Shown in pieces: positions 18,341 to 29,058 of a stretch of DNA of 64,000 nt; positions within the stretch are counted from its first letter, which is position 1, and each line of letters opens with the position of its first letter. The stretch is from Terriglobia bacterium (GTDB lineage: Bacteria; Acidobacteriota; Terriglobia; Bryobacterales; Bryobacteraceae): contig CAWJUG010000004.1 of NCBI GenBank assembly GCA_963846025.1, positions 250,065 through 314,064 on the forward strand, given 5' to 3'. The notes under the pieces were generated by a model, which made no database searches, was not told where the DNA came from, and saw only the letters and a list, made by a program, of their open reading frames with translations. A program made the translations under genes and the position numbers.

Positions 18341-19093
18341 ATGTCTGCGAAAAAAGCTTCCAAACCAGTTGCTCTTGTTACAGGCGGGAGCCGAGGCATC
18401 GGGCGCGCCATTGTGGAGGATCTTTCCCGCACACACCAGGTTATTGCCACTTACAACACCAATCGCGCGGCGGCACAAGAGGTGGCAGATGCGACGGGCG
18501 CGGTGATGCTGCCGTGTCAACTAGGCGATGCGAATTCGCGGCAAGAACTAGCAAACACAATCAGGCGCGATTTCCACGACGTCGATTTACTTGTAAACAA
18601 TGCGGGCGTCGCTCCGCGGGAAAGGCGCGACATTCTTGAAGCGACCCCCGAAAGTTTCGATGAGTTGTTTGCCACAAACCTAAAAGGTCCCTATTTCCTA
18701 ACGCAGGATATAGCCCACTGGATGCTGGAGCGGCAATCGGGGCGAATTGTTTTTGTCAGCTCAATCTCGAGTTTTACTGCGTCCACCAACCGCGGGGATT
18801 ATTGCATGACTAAAGCAGCTATTAGCATGGCGGTAAAACTGTTTGCTGCACGCTTGGCGCCGCACAACGTTCAGGTATTCGAAATTCAGCCGGGAATTAT
18901 ACGCACGGACATGATTGCCTCCGTTGCCGCAGCCTACGACAAGCGCATCCAGGAAGGTCTGCTGCCGCAGCGTCGAATGGGCGAGCCGGCCGACGTAGCC
19001 CGCGCAGTAAGAGCAATTGCCGACGGACTATTGGACTATTGCACCGGGCAGGCGCTGCACGTGGATGGTGGGTTTCACCTTCGGACGCTGTGA
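18341..19093 (+). CDS. short-chain dehydrogenase/reductase (3-oxoacyl-ACP reductase-like)
   Basis: TGGSRGIGRAI cofactor motif, NNAG, catalytic YCMTKAA. Confidence 0.85.
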   Translation: MSAKKASKPVALVTGGSRGIGRAIVEDLSRTHQVIATYNTNRAAAQEVADATGAVMLPCQLGDANSRQELANTIRRDFHDVDLLVNNAGVAPRERRDILEATPESFDELFATNLKGPYFLTQDIAHWMLERQSGRIVFVSSISSFTASTNRGDYCMTKAAISMAVKLFAARLAPHNVQVFEIQPGIIRTDMIASVAAAYDKRIQEGLLPQRRMGEPADVARAVRAIADGLLDYCTGQALHVDGGFHLRTL

Positions 19094-19095
19094 CT

Positions 19096-19734
19096 ATGGA
19101 AATCTTGGATGCGGCTGAAGTGCGCGTACTTGGATCGCTAATTGAAAAGGAAGCTACAACGCCAGAGTATTATCCGCTTTCGCTAAACGCGCTGATTAAT
19201 GCATGCAATCAGAAGTCGAATCGCGAGCCGGTTGTCGAGTACGACGAGGACACAGTTTACGATGCTGCAACTCGACTTCGTGAAAAGAAGCTGGTCTTAT
19301 TGAACACCGGGAGCGGCCGCGTCAACAAGTACAGCCAGCGCATTTCCGAGACGCTTAACCTGGGACGTAGAGAACTCGCTGTCCTTTGCACGTTGTTACT
19401 CAGAGGTCCGCAGACATTGGGCGAAATCAAAGACCGAAGCGAGCGAATGTTCGATTTTGCCGACCTCTTAGAGACGGAGTCGGTTCTGGAAAAGCTGTCG
19501 GATTTGCCGACAGCCGCCCTGGTGAGAAAACTGCCCCGGCAGCCCGGACAAAAGGAGGCGCGTTATGCGCATTTGTTATCTGGTGAGCCTGCGGCGGAGC
19601 TGGCCGCTTCCGGGGTGCAGACAACTCCGCCCACGACCAAAGTAGCTCAGCTCGAAATGGAATTGCAGCGCTTGCGATCAGAGTTCGAAGACCTGAAGAC
19701 ACGCTTCGAAACGCTGGAACGGCAACTCCAGTAA
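19096..19734 (+). CDS. YceH-family protein (DUF480/UPF0502)
   Basis: MEILDAAEVRVLGSLIEKEATTPEYYPLSLNALINACNQKSNREPVV matches the conserved YceH N-terminus. Coiled-coil C-terminus. Confidence 0.8.
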   Translation: MEILDAAEVRVLGSLIEKEATTPEYYPLSLNALINACNQKSNREPVVEYDEDTVYDAATRLREKKLVLLNTGSGRVNKYSQRISETLNLGRRELAVLCTLLLRGPQTLGEIKDRSERMFDFADLLETESVLEKLSDLPTAALVRKLPRQPGQKEARYAHLLSGEPAAELAASGVQTTPPTTKVAQLEMELQRLRSEFEDLKTRFETLERQLQ

Positions 19735-19739
19735 GGAAG

Positions 19740-20156
19740 CTAGTGCATTATAGCCCCGCTGATGAGGCTGTACAGAAGGACTGCCAGAACAATCGCGGTG
19801 ATGGCGATATATTTCTTATCGCGCTCTAGCGTGAAGCCACCCAAAGCAAGTGCGACGCGCGCAATGGGCGTTGCAATCAGCAGAAGGATTCCAAGTTGAA
19901 CGATGGATCGAGCGCGCCCGGAAAGCGCGCCCTTGACGATTTCGCCCGCGTGCCGGTCGATGCTGGGCTGTCCTACAAAACTTCGATAGTTCACCGGCTC
20001 ATTGCCGTGGCGCAAGAGAAAATAAATACCGCCTGCGAGCACGACAGCGCCCGCGATAAAGACCCCCACACGGAGCAGAAGGCTGACCATACGTTCAATG
20101 TCTAGGTCCGTGAGTTTTGTTTTGGTCTTCTTTGAACCATTCACCAGTTCACTCAT
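19740..20156 (-). CDS. DUF1634 membrane protein
   Basis: 138 aa with three to four TM helices. Its start overlaps the stop of the upstream TauE/SafE gene, the usual partner of DUF1634. Confidence 0.7.
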   Translation of the reverse strand: MSELVNGSKKTKTKLTDLDIERMVSLLLRVGVFIAGAVVLAGGIYFLLRHGNEPVNYRSFVGQPSIDRHAGEIVKGALSGRARSIVQLGILLLIATPIARVALALGGFTLERDKKYIAITAIVLAVLLYSLISGAIMH

Positions 20157-21007
20157 TACAATTTGGTTTTGATGCCGCTATAGATCATCTGCACAGCAAT
20201 AACGCCAACTATGAGGGCAAACCCCCTTCGAAGTAAGGGTACGGGAAGGCGGGGTAGAAATTTTGCGCCGATCAAGGATCCTGACAGCACGCCGAGCATC
20301 ACAGGGAAAACGATGGCCGGGTCGACGTACCCGCGGCTGAGATATAGGCTTGCGCTGGCGGCGGCTGTAACCCCAATCATGAAGTTGCTGGTGGCGGTAG
20401 AAACCTTGAACGGAATTCTCATGGCTTGGTCCATAGCGATCACTTTCAGCGAACCCGAGCCGATTCCGAGCAAGCCAGAGATTGTGCCCGCACCGAACAT
20501 GAGCCCGAAGCCGGTCTTCACGCGATGGACTTGATAAGGCTCGACACGGCTCAACGTGCGATATCCGCCGTTCAGTTGCAACCGGTCTGCAAGAGCATCG
20601 GGAGGCAGCGGTGCTGCTCCCTCTTTGTGTTCGCGGCTAGCCTGCCAAGCCGATTGCAAAAGAATGACGCCAAAAATAACGCTAAGCGCTCCCGTGGGAA
20701 TGTGCGCGCCTAGGAAAGCACCAAAAACAGCGCCTATCGTAGTGGCTATTTCGAGGAACATCCCAATGCGGATACTGGAATAACCATCACGCACATAGGC
20801 AGCGGCGGCGCCAGACGAAGTCGCAATCACCGATACAAGACTGGCGCCAATTGCATAATGCAGATCGACCCCGAGAAACAATGTCAATACGGGCGTAACA
20901 ATGACACCACCGCCCAGCCCAGTCAGCGATCCGACAAAGCCGGCCAACAAAGATGCGGCAAAAACTATGGGGGTGAATTCGGCGCTAGTCATAACAGGGT
21001 CAGACAA
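20156..21007 (-). CDS. TauE/SafE-family sulfite/anion exporter (DUF81)
   Basis: 283-aa polytopic membrane protein with a duplicated Gly-rich helix pattern (GSLTGLGGGVIVTP; GLLGIGSGSLKV). Confidence 0.8.
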   Translation of the reverse strand: MSDPVMTSAEFTPIVFAASLLAGFVGSLTGLGGGVIVTPVLTLFLGVDLHYAIGASLVSVIATSSGAAAAYVRDGYSSIRIGMFLEIATTIGAVFGAFLGAHIPTGALSVIFGVILLQSAWQASREHKEGAAPLPPDALADRLQLNGGYRTLSRVEPYQVHRVKTGFGLMFGAGTISGLLGIGSGSLKVIAMDQAMRIPFKVSTATSNFMIGVTAAASASLYLSRGYVDPAIVFPVMLGVLSGSLIGAKFLPRLPVPLLRRGFALIVGVIAVQMIYSGIKTKL

Positions 21008-21031
21008 GATCCCGATACGGCTTGTACATAA

Positions 21032-22190
21032 TTGATAGCCAGGGTACTCATGAAGGCTCTATTATTCTGCTTTGTCCTGCCACTGATCCAAGTTTCCGCT
21101 CAGCAGCTACCAGGTATACAGTCTCCCGAAGTGGGAAACGACGGGCGAGTTACTTTTCGCTTTCGGGACATAAACGGTCAGAAGGTAGTGGTGAATATTG
21201 CCGGAGCGGCGCACCCTCTCGCCATGGAGAAGGACGCCGATGGAGTCTGGTCCGCTACCAGCGAACCGATGGGACCGGATCTCTACAGCTACACATTCGA
21301 TGCGGATGGCGTAACGTTGCTGGACCCTTCGAACTCGTCCATTGTGCCCAATTTACTGGACCCTAGCAGCGTGCTGCATGTTTCTGGCAGCTCGCCGGAA
21401 CCATGGGAACAAACTGACATTCCTCACGGCGAGGTACATCACCATTTCTACAAGTCCGCCATTGTGGGAGACAACCGTGACTTTTACGTCTATACGCCGC
21501 CCGGCTACAAACCGCGCGCCAGCACGCGCTATCCGGTTTTGTATCTTCTGCACGGCTACAGCGATGATGCGAGCGCGTGGACAGCAGTAGGGCACGCAAA
21601 CTGGATTCTCGATATCGCTGATTTCATCAGGACAGGCCCGCCCGATGATTATCGTCATGCCATTGGGTTACGGTGATCCCGCGATAGTGCAGCGCAATGC
21701 GTCGGGGAGCAGCCCCTTTTCAAACGCCACATTACGCGAGAGAAACTTCAATAATTTCCGGGATGCGTTGATCGACGAAGTCATTCCGATGGTTGAGAAA
21801 GATTACAACGTAATTGCAACTCGGGAGTCGCGCGCAATCGCCGGACTTTCCATGGGAGGATCGGAATCGTTGCTAACCGGGTTGAATCGGCTGGATAAAT
21901 TCGCCTGGGTGGCTTCGTTCAGCGCCGGGGGCCTAAGCGATAATTTCGCCACTGATTTCCCTCGATTGAACGCGGCCGCAAATCAAAAGCTGAAGCTGCT
22001 TTGGATTGCGTGCGGCACGGAAGACCGCCTGATCACGCTGAACCGAGGGCTAGTTCAGTGGCTCAAGAGTCAAAACGTCAGTGTCGAGTCGATTGAAACT
22101 CCAGGAATGCACACCTGGATGGTGTGGAGGAGAAATCTGATCAAGCTCGCGCCGCTATTATTTCAGGCGTTGCACGGTCCTGATGAATAA
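21032..22190 (+). pseudogene. esterase (esterase D / enterochelin-esterase-like, with N-terminal E-set domain), 1-nt frame disruption near 21611-21616
   Basis: Frame 1 reads signal peptide ...YPVLYLLHGYSDDASAWTAVGHANWILD. Frame +1 reads SLISSGQARPMIIVMPLGYG...RAIAGLSMGGSESL (GxSxG). Skipping nt 21614 gives ILDSLISSGQARPMIIVMP. Confidence 0.75.
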
Positions 22191-22193
22191 ACA

Positions 22194-22226
22194 AAAGGCC
22201 GAATGGGAGGCGCCCATCCGGCCTTT
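22194..22226. terminator. bidirectional intrinsic-terminator-like hairpin between convergent genes
   Basis: AAAGGCCGAATGGG-aggcg-CCCATCCGGCCTTT forms a 14-bp stem with one mismatch. A-run upstream and T-run downstream. It lies between the esterase stop (22190) and the OmpA-like stop (22262). Confidence 0.55.
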
Positions 22227-22261
22227 CTTCCCGGAGCGGTGGTGTGGTCCGAGAAAACCAG

Positions 22262-23302
22262 CTATTTGATCTGATCGCCGGGCGCGCGCGGGCCGGTACC
22301 ATTGACCTGCCCTGATGCAACGACACCCTGATTAACGTAGATGGTTACGTCCACCCTACGGTTCTGTTCGCGATCCTGCGAGGTGCGATTGTCATTGACC
22401 TGATGCGTGGTCCCCAGACCGGCAGGCGTCAGGATACGGCGAATCGGGATGTTCCCTTCCTCTTCCAGATACGTCATGACCGCCTGAGCCCGATGTTCGC
22501 TAAGCACCTGATTGCGAGCCGCCTTTCCGGTGGGGTCAGCGAATCCCGCAACCTCGATAACATAGGCCTTGTCGGTCTGGGCCTCCTGAGCGATCTGATC
22601 CAAGGTCTGCTTGTCCTCGGGCGATAAAGCTGAACTGCCGTATTTGAAGTAGACCGTCTTCTTGTCACTTGGCGTGTAGTTATCCAAGTTGGAGACACGC
22701 TCGTTAACAGTGGATACGCCTTGGTTTGCCTGGTCAGCCTCGGTCTTAACCTGACCGACCTGCTGTTGCGTTTGCTTCTGCTGATCTTCCAGCTGACCCT
22801 CCCGATTTTCTATTTGGCCAGCACGGTTCTCGAGATTCCCGGCTCGGCCTTCGAGACTTCCGGCCCGAGCTTCTAAGGGTGACACTCGGGTATCAATCTG
22901 ACGGGATGCACGCATCGAGTTCGGATCGAAGACCACGCGGTCGGCAACGAGTTCACCTTTTTCGTTTCCTTTCCCTTGCGCTTCTACTTGGAGGCCGGGA
23001 AGCAAAGCTGTCGCATCCATGGGGGACTTGTGCCCAAAGATGCCTTTTCTTAGCTGAATCTTGGTCGTTTGCGTCAGATCGACAGTACCGATGGAGTCAT
23101 CGGGCGTGCGGACCTTGAGCATATCGCCGTCACGTGAAACAATCACGCCTTGTACTTTTACCTGTTGCCCTGCCGTAAAGGTGTGGGTGGCCGGTTCAAC
23201 CCTGGCCATGACCAACCCTGCCGACATCATTGATAGGCAAATCAGGATTCGAGCCGGTCTAAATGGATTTAGCGGTGTCATAGTTCGTAACATTTCTCCC
23301 AA
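22262..23302 (-). CDS. OmpA-family peptidoglycan-associated protein with a heptad-repeat coiled coil
   Basis: C-terminal OmpA-like domain (VAGFADPTGKAARNQVLSEHRAQAV...NRRVDVTIY). Central repeats LEARAGS/LEGRAGN/LENRAGQ/IENREGQ. N-terminal signal/anchor. Confidence 0.8.
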   Translation of the reverse strand: MGEMLRTMTPLNPFRPARILICLSMMSAGLVMARVEPATHTFTAGQQVKVQGVIVSRDGDMLKVRTPDDSIGTVDLTQTTKIQLRKGIFGHKSPMDATALLPGLQVEAQGKGNEKGELVADRVVFDPNSMRASRQIDTRVSPLEARAGSLEGRAGNLENRAGQIENREGQLEDQQKQTQQQVGQVKTEADQANQGVSTVNERVSNLDNYTPSDKKTVYFKYGSSALSPEDKQTLDQIAQEAQTDKAYVIEVAGFADPTGKAARNQVLSEHRAQAVMTYLEEEGNIPIRRILTPAGLGTTHQVNDNRTSQDREQNRRVDVTIYVNQGVVASGQVNGTGPRAPGDQIK

Positions 23303-23456
23303 TTGGAAAAGCTCTGGAGTCTAGCAGCCCATTCTCGTATTCTTTCGTAGACTTGCCCGTTAGACGCAGGCTACTTGAGCTTGTAACTGGAATTTTAAAA
23401 TACGCGCGAAATTGCGTCGAAGAGCACCCCGGGGACTTGCGGTGTTATAAGGAAAC

Positions 23457-24732
23457 GTGCCCCGAAACAGCCGCTTTAACGGGTGGTGGGTGGTCGCAAC
23501 CGCTTTCGTCACCTTCGGCATCGCCGTTGGTATTCCATATTACAATCAATCCTTTTTCTACGACTATTTTCAGAAGACTTTTCATTGGGAGCTCAGCAAG
23601 ATAACACTTGGTTTCCCTTTGGCAGCCATTCTGACAATCTGGGTCGGACCACTACTGATTCCGCACTTCAGTCCACGCAAGCTCATCATTGTCGGCACTG
23701 GACTGACCGCCATCTCGTTTTTCGGCTTCAGCGTGATGAAAGGATCTCTGGTCCTTTACTATTTGCTGTATTTCATCTACACGGTTGGGTACATTTTCAG
23801 TGGCCCAATTCCGCACCAGATACTCGTTTCGTATTGGTTTCGTAGGAAACGGGGCACGGCCATGGGAATCGTTTACGTGGGAGTGGGGTTGTTTGGCGGG
23901 CTGGCGCCATTCTTCATTCGCACCATTACAGCCAGGCATGGCTTTCAAGCGGCGTTGGTGGCAATCGGCGGGGTGATGTTCCTGGCGTGGCCTCTGGCAA
24001 TTTTTTTTCTGAAGGATAAGCCGAGCGATATGGGCCAGTATCCAGACGGTTTGGCAACGCCTCCTGCCGACATCAATGCGGCTCCGCTTGGCTTTCGCTC
24101 ACTTGCTGCGTAGTGGGCCGTTTTGGCTGCTCCTGTTGGGAAGCATCTGTTCCATCGGCTCAATCGGCTCCATCAATTTCCACATGAAATTTGTCTTTCG
24201 CGACGCCGGATATACAAACCAAAGAGTGCTGGACGCCACGTGGGCAGTCGCAACAACATTGATTCTCTGGTCGAGTATCGTGGGACGGTTGAGCATCGGG
24301 TACCTCGCCGATTTCTTTTCGAAAAAGCTGGTGATGACTGCGACGTATTTTGCAGTGGCCGGCACGATTTTGCTGTTGCTATGGGTGAGTCCGTCACACA
24401 AATATTCTTTGTACGTCTTCTCGTTGGTATTCGGATTTTCAATGGGCGCCGATTATTTCCTGATACCGCTCATGGCGGCCGAACAGTTCGGCATCAATAC
24501 TTTGGCCCGGGCCATGGCGATTATTCTGCCGGTGAATACGATAGGACAGACTTGGTGCCCGGAGTTGGTGTCGATTCTACGCGAGCACTTTGCAAGTTAC
24601 GTTGTGCCAATGGAAGTTGTCTTGGCGATTAGCTTGGCGGGAGCCGTTGCAATAGCATTCATGCCGAAACATACTGAGGTACCCGGCACGGCCGAAGGCG
24701 CAGTGCCCATACCGAGTGGGGCGAAAATGTAG
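23457..24732 (+). pseudogene. MFS transporter, 1-nt frame disruption in the central loop near 24090
   Basis: Six TM helices in frame 1 (...PPADINAAPL) and six more in frame +1 (AFAHLLRSGPFWLLLLGS...). Removing one G of GG at 24090-24091 joins them. GTG start at 23457. Confidence 0.8.
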
Positions 24733-25209
24733 ATGATGAGCGAGAAAGCGACATTTGGGGCTGGGTGCTTCTGGGGAGTGGAAGCAACCTTTCGTGAGAT
24801 CGATGGGGTGATTGACGCGGCAGCCGGATACGAAGGCGGCCAGACCGCCGATCCGACGTATAAGGACGTCTGCACCGATCGCACTGGGCACGCCGAGGTA
24901 GTGGAGGTTGAGTACGATCCTGCAAGAGTGAGCTATGACAAGCTGCTCGATGTGTTCTGGAGCGCGCACGATCCGACACAGGTAAACCGCCAAGGGCCGG
25001 ACGTGGGCACGCAATACCGAAGCGTCATCTTCTTTCACACGCCCGAACAGCAGCAGATTGCGCGCGCCTCAAAGAACAAGCAGGAAGCATCCGGACGATA
25101 CCGCCGTCCTATCGCAACCCAGATTGTTCCTGCGCAGAGCTTCTATCGGGCGGAAGAATATCATCAGCAGTACCTTGCTAAACGCGGCTTAAGACACTGC
25201 CATATTTAG
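24733..25209 (+). CDS. msrA: peptide-methionine (S)-S-oxide reductase
   Basis: [15 protein letters not shown] active-site motif. Typical length of 158 aa. Confidence 0.9.
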   Translation: MMSEKATFGAGCFWGVEATFREIDGVIDAAAGYEGGQTADPTYKDVCTDRTGHAEVVEVEYDPARVSYDKLLDVFWSAHDPTQVNRQGPDVGTQYRSVIFFHTPEQQQIARASKNKQEASGRYRRPIATQIVPAQSFYRAEEYHQQYLAKRGLRHCHI

Positions 25210-26150
25210 GCAGCCACTTCGCTCGTACGTTGCTTGAAGTACTCGATGGTGAGCCGCATGCCATCGTCAAAGGAGACTTTCGGCTCCCAGTCAAGTAACT
25301 GCTTGGCCTTCCTTATGTCGGGTCGACGCACCTTGGGATCATCAGGAGGCAGCGGCTTGTACTCAATGCCGATCCCGGAATCGAACCGCCCCCGAATGCG
25401 ATTCGCGAATTCGAGAATAGACATTTCTGCGGGGTTGCCCAGGTTGACCGGATACGGCTCTTCGGACTCGCTCAACAGCAGAAGTCCTTCGACCAGGTCC
25501 GATACGTAGCAGAAGCTGCGTGTCTGGGAACCGTCACCGTAGACCGTCAGATTGACGCCGCGCAACGCCTGATCTATAAACGCGGGAACAACGCGGCCGT
25601 CGTTCAGTGACATGCGAGGGCCGTATGTGTTGAAGATGCGGGCAATGTTCGTGCGCAAACCAAATACGCGATGGTATGCCATTGTCAGAGCCTCGGCATA
25701 GCGCTTGCTCTCGTCATAACAGGAACGCAGGCCGACGGGATTGACGTTCCCCCAATAGGTTTCCGATTGTGGATGCTCTAACGGATCGCCATAGCATTCG
25801 GAGGTTGAGGTTAGCAAGAACCGCGCCCGGTGATGGCGTGCGATTTCGAGCATGTTTTTGGTACCAGCGGACCCGGATTCAAGCGTCTCCAGCGGATGCT
25901 CTAAGTAATCAACCGGACTCGCCAGCGAGGCCAAATGAAACACGCGATCGACAGCGCCATCTACGCTGAAGGGTTCACAAACATTCTGTTGCAAAAACTG
26001 GAAGTCAGGATGACCTACCAAGTGCGCCAAGTTCTCGCAATGACCGGTGATCAGATTGTCGAGCGCAAGAATTTGATGGCCGCGCTCCATAATACGATCA
26101 CACAGGTGTGATCCAATGAAGCCAGCGGCGCCGGAAATCAGATATCTCAC
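25206..26150 (-). CDS. UDP-glucuronate decarboxylase (UDP-xylose synthase)-like SDR
   Basis: [12 protein letters not shown] Rossmann motif, YDESKRYAE catalytic YxxxK, and a conserved C-terminal [14 protein letters not shown]. Confidence 0.85.
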   Translation of the reverse strand: MRYLISGAAGFIGSHLCDRIMERGHQILALDNLITGHCENLAHLVGHPDFQFLQQNVCEPFSVDGAVDRVFHLASLASPVDYLEHPLETLESGSAGTKNMLEIARHHRARFLLTSTSECYGDPLEHPQSETYWGNVNPVGLRSCYDESKRYAEALTMAYHRVFGLRTNIARIFNTYGPRMSLNDGRVVPAFIDQALRGVNLTVYGDGSQTRSFCYVSDLVEGLLLLSESEEPYPVNLGNPAEMSILEFANRIRGRFDSGIGIEYKPLPPDDPKVRRPDIRKAKQLLDWEPKVSFDDGMRLTIEYFKQRTSEVAA

Positions 26151-26225
26151 GTTTTTTCATGGTATCCAACAGAGTCGAGTCTCGCCTGCGGCGGATCGAT
26201 CGGAACTCGCCGCCCACACCACGGC

Positions 26226-28076
26226 ATGATCGCTAGCGTCATTGGGCTGAGAGTTCTTCTTTTTGCTCTCATCGCTGTTTCCATTTGGCTGTTCTGGCTG
26301 CGCTTCGGGAAAGTGGTCAACCGCATTCTGAAGGCTCGCAAAGATTCCGATTTCCACTTGCAGCCGGTGAGCCGGCGAGTTTGGGACTTCTTCTGGGAAG
26401 TGCTTTGTCAGGCGAAAGTAATTCGTGAGCGGCCGCTGCCCGGTCTTGCGCACGCCTTTGTGTTTTGGGGATTCTGCGCCTTCGCCCTGGTGACTCTGAA
26501 CCACATTGCGCTTGGCTTCGGCGCGCCGTTCATGGAGAGGCATTCCTGGTTCGGGGGATTTTACTACTGGCTCGCATTCGTGTTTGCGGTTTTCTGCGCT
26601 GTATCCATCGCGGGACTGGCGTTTCGCCGATTTGTGATCAGGCCCATGTGGCTGGGACCTTTGTCGCCGGAGTCTGGGTTGATCGCCCTTTTAATCTTCA
26701 TCCTGATGCTGACCTACATACCAATGTGGTGGATCTCCGATGGATCCGTTGCGGGCAACTTCCTTTGGTGGATACATACGCTGACGATACTCGCTTTTCT
26801 TCCGCTCATTCCACATACAAAGCATCTCCACCTGATCTTGAGTCCCGCGACCATTTTTCTGGAACGCGACGGTTTCAGCCACATTCCTCCGCTCGTGGGG
26901 GACGAAGATTTCGGACTCGTTTCGGGCAAAGACATCACGCAGATCACGGCTCTACAGGCGTATTCGTGCGTGGAATGCGGAAGGTGCACAGAACATTGCC
27001 CCGCCAATAATACAGGCAAAGAACTCAATCCGAAGCTAATTGCACTTGGAGTCAGAAACTATCTCAATGAATTCGGGAACACCAGCGAGACCCAAATTCT
27101 AAGTGCAACGGTGCCACAGGAAATGATTTGGCAGTGCACTACGTGCGGGGCCTGCGAGTATCAGTGCCCGGTGGGTATTCAGCATCTGCCCATCATTATC
27201 GGTTTAAGGCGCGGTGCCGTGAACACGGGCGCATGGGAAGACGAACACGGCACCAAACTCTTCCTGAACCTGGAGCGAAATGGAAACGCTATGGGGTTCT
27301 CACAGGCGGAACGGGACAAATTCATAACAAAACAGGAGTTCCCGGTATTCGATGGATCCCAAGAGTACTGCCTCTGGCTGGGGTGTATGGGCGCCTATGA
27401 TCCGCAAGGCCGCGAGATCATTACCGCTTTCGCGACGGTTATGAAATACCTGGGCACATCATTCGGAGTTCTCAAGAAAGAACGCTGCACAGGGGACCCG
27501 GTACGACGATTAGGAAACGATCTGGCCTTCGCGCAACTTGTGGAAACGAATCTGTCGAACTTGCAGACTGCTGGGGTGAAGAAGATTGTTTCCATTTGCC
27601 CGCATTGCGTCAGAACGATTGCGGACGATTGGCGCGAATATGGCGCAGAGGTCAGTATTGAGCACCATAGCGAGTTTCTCGCGCGACATCAGAGTCAACT
27701 ACCTTCGCAAGAGAATGGCGAACGCGTGGTGTATCACGACCCCTGTTATTTGGGGCGCTACCGTGGTGTTTACGATCAGCCACGAGAAGTCATTGGGCGA
27801 ACCGCAACAGTGCTGGAGCCTGCGCGCACGCGGGAAAGAAGTTTTTGTTGTGGCGCCGGCGGAGGATTGGTTTTTCTCGGTGAAGAGACCGGGCAGCGCG
27901 TGAATGAGACGCGAGTGAAGGAGCTGACTGCGACAGGCGCAACAACCATCGGTGCGGCATGCCCGTTCTGCAACAGTATGTTCCGCGACGCGCTGGCTTC
28001 AACTGCTCCGCAGAACGCCCCACGACTGCTGGATATAGCACAGATTGCGGCAGAGTCACTGAACCGGAACTCGTAG
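26226..28076 (+). CDS. membrane-anchored (Fe-S)-binding oxidoreductase, HdrD/GlpC-like with two CCG domains
   Basis: N-terminal five to six TM helices. Two 4Fe-4S motifs (CVECGRCTEHCP, CTTCGACEYQCP). Two CCG-type cysteine clusters (CPHC...; FCCGAGGG...CPFC). Confidence 0.8.
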   Translation: MIASVIGLRVLLFALIAVSIWLFWLRFGKVVNRILKARKDSDFHLQPVSRRVWDFFWEVLCQAKVIRERPLPGLAHAFVFWGFCAFALVTLNHIALGFGAPFMERHSWFGGFYYWLAFVFAVFCAVSIAGLAFRRFVIRPMWLGPLSPESGLIALLIFILMLTYIPMWWISDGSVAGNFLWWIHTLTILAFLPLIPHTKHLHLILSPATIFLERDGFSHIPPLVGDEDFGLVSGKDITQITALQAYSCVECGRCTEHCPANNTGKELNPKLIALGVRNYLNEFGNTSETQILSATVPQEMIWQCTTCGACEYQCPVGIQHLPIIIGLRRGAVNTGAWEDEHGTKLFLNLERNGNAMGFSQAERDKFITKQEFPVFDGSQEYCLWLGCMGAYDPQGREIITAFATVMKYLGTSFGVLKKERCTGDPVRRLGNDLAFAQLVETNLSNLQTAGVKKIVSICPHCVRTIADDWREYGAEVSIEHHSEFLARHQSQLPSQENGERVVYHDPCYLGRYRGVYDQPREVIGRTATVLEPARTRERSFCCGAGGGLVFLGEETGQRVNETRVKELTATGATTIGAACPFCNSMFRDALASTAPQNAPRLLDIAQIAAESLNRNS

Positions 28077-28202
28077 CGACGTTGGTGAAAATGCACCACG
28101 AGCGGTGGAGCTTGGCCGGAGGAGCTCGCGCGCATTCTCGTATTTTCTATTACTTAGGGCTGGCAAGCGAGTTGCATGTGGAGTCTGCGTGGAGGAGAGA
28201 AC

Positions 28203-28511
28203 ATGAAAGCAAAATTATTGACCCTTTTACTTTTGGCGAGTAGCTCGACTTTTGCCGCAGGCCGCGTGTTCTTTGGAGTGAATGTAGGCGTGCCCGTGGG
28301 TTATGCGCCGCCTCCGCCGCCCGCGTACGTCGCCTATGCGCCCCCATACCCGGGCTACGGGTACAATTGGGTCGCGGGCTACTATTATCCGGTCGGGCCG
28401 CGTTGGCAATGGCGTGCGGGTTACTGGGCGAGACCGCCGTATGTTGGGGCTCGCTGGTATGCGCCACGTTATTACGGTGGCCGCTATTACGCCGGACACT
28501 GGCGACGATAA
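28203..28511 (+). CDS. small secreted Tyr/Trp/Gly/Pro-rich repeat protein (YXWGXW-repeat-like)
   Basis: SD GGAGGAG upstream of ATG 28203. Signal peptide MKAKLLTLLLLASSSTFAAG. Repeats WVAGYYYP / WRAGYWARP / RWYAPRYYGGRYYAGHW. Confidence 0.55.
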   Translation: MKAKLLTLLLLASSSTFAAGRVFFGVNVGVPVGYAPPPPPAYVAYAPPYPGYGYNWVAGYYYPVGPRWQWRAGYWARPPYVGARWYAPRYYGGRYYAGHWRR

Positions 28512-28587
28512 ACCCAACAGCGTGCTGCCCGGGTAGCGGATCGTCATGGGAACGCCTGACCCGCCTCCTGAATTTGTAGACTGAGCA

Positions 28588-29058
28588 ATGGCAGCAACAC
28601 CGCCTGTCCGACGCCCAACGCGCAAAGAAATCGTCTTCTACTACAAGACCCATCGCTCACGGTTTCATGTGCCAGAGCAGATTCGCGTTTTCCATATTGT
28701 TAAGAATGTGAAGGAGGGCAGCGACCGCGACGCCATCGCCGCAACTATGCACAAAGCTCTCCAGGACCTTACAAGCCGTATTCCCTTCACGCAGGTTGCC
28801 GACCATTATTCCGACTGCTCCGGTAATGGCGGCGACCTCGGCTGGGTAGAGCGCGGAGTTATGGTTGAGGAGTTTGAGAGCGTAGTCTTCGACCTGCCGC
28901 TCGGTCAAATCAGTCCTATTTTTGAAAGCCGCTTTGGCTTTCACATCGCGCTTGTGACGGAAAAACGCGGCCCAGGCATACTTCCCGTTGCCGCTGTTTA
29001 CGACCAAATATCAGAATTCCTGTCGGCCCGCCGAACTGCCCAGGCAAGCTCCACATGA
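28588..29058 (+). CDS. parvulin-type peptidyl-prolyl cis-trans isomerase
   Basis: FHIVKNV...[43 protein letters not shown] matches the PpiC/rotamase domain. Confidence 0.75.
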   Translation: MAATPPVRRPTRKEIVFYYKTHRSRFHVPEQIRVFHIVKNVKEGSDRDAIAATMHKALQDLTSRIPFTQVADHYSDCSGNGGDLGWVERGVMVEEFESVVFDLPLGQISPIFESRFGFHIALVTEKRGPGILPVAAVYDQISEFLSARRTAQASST

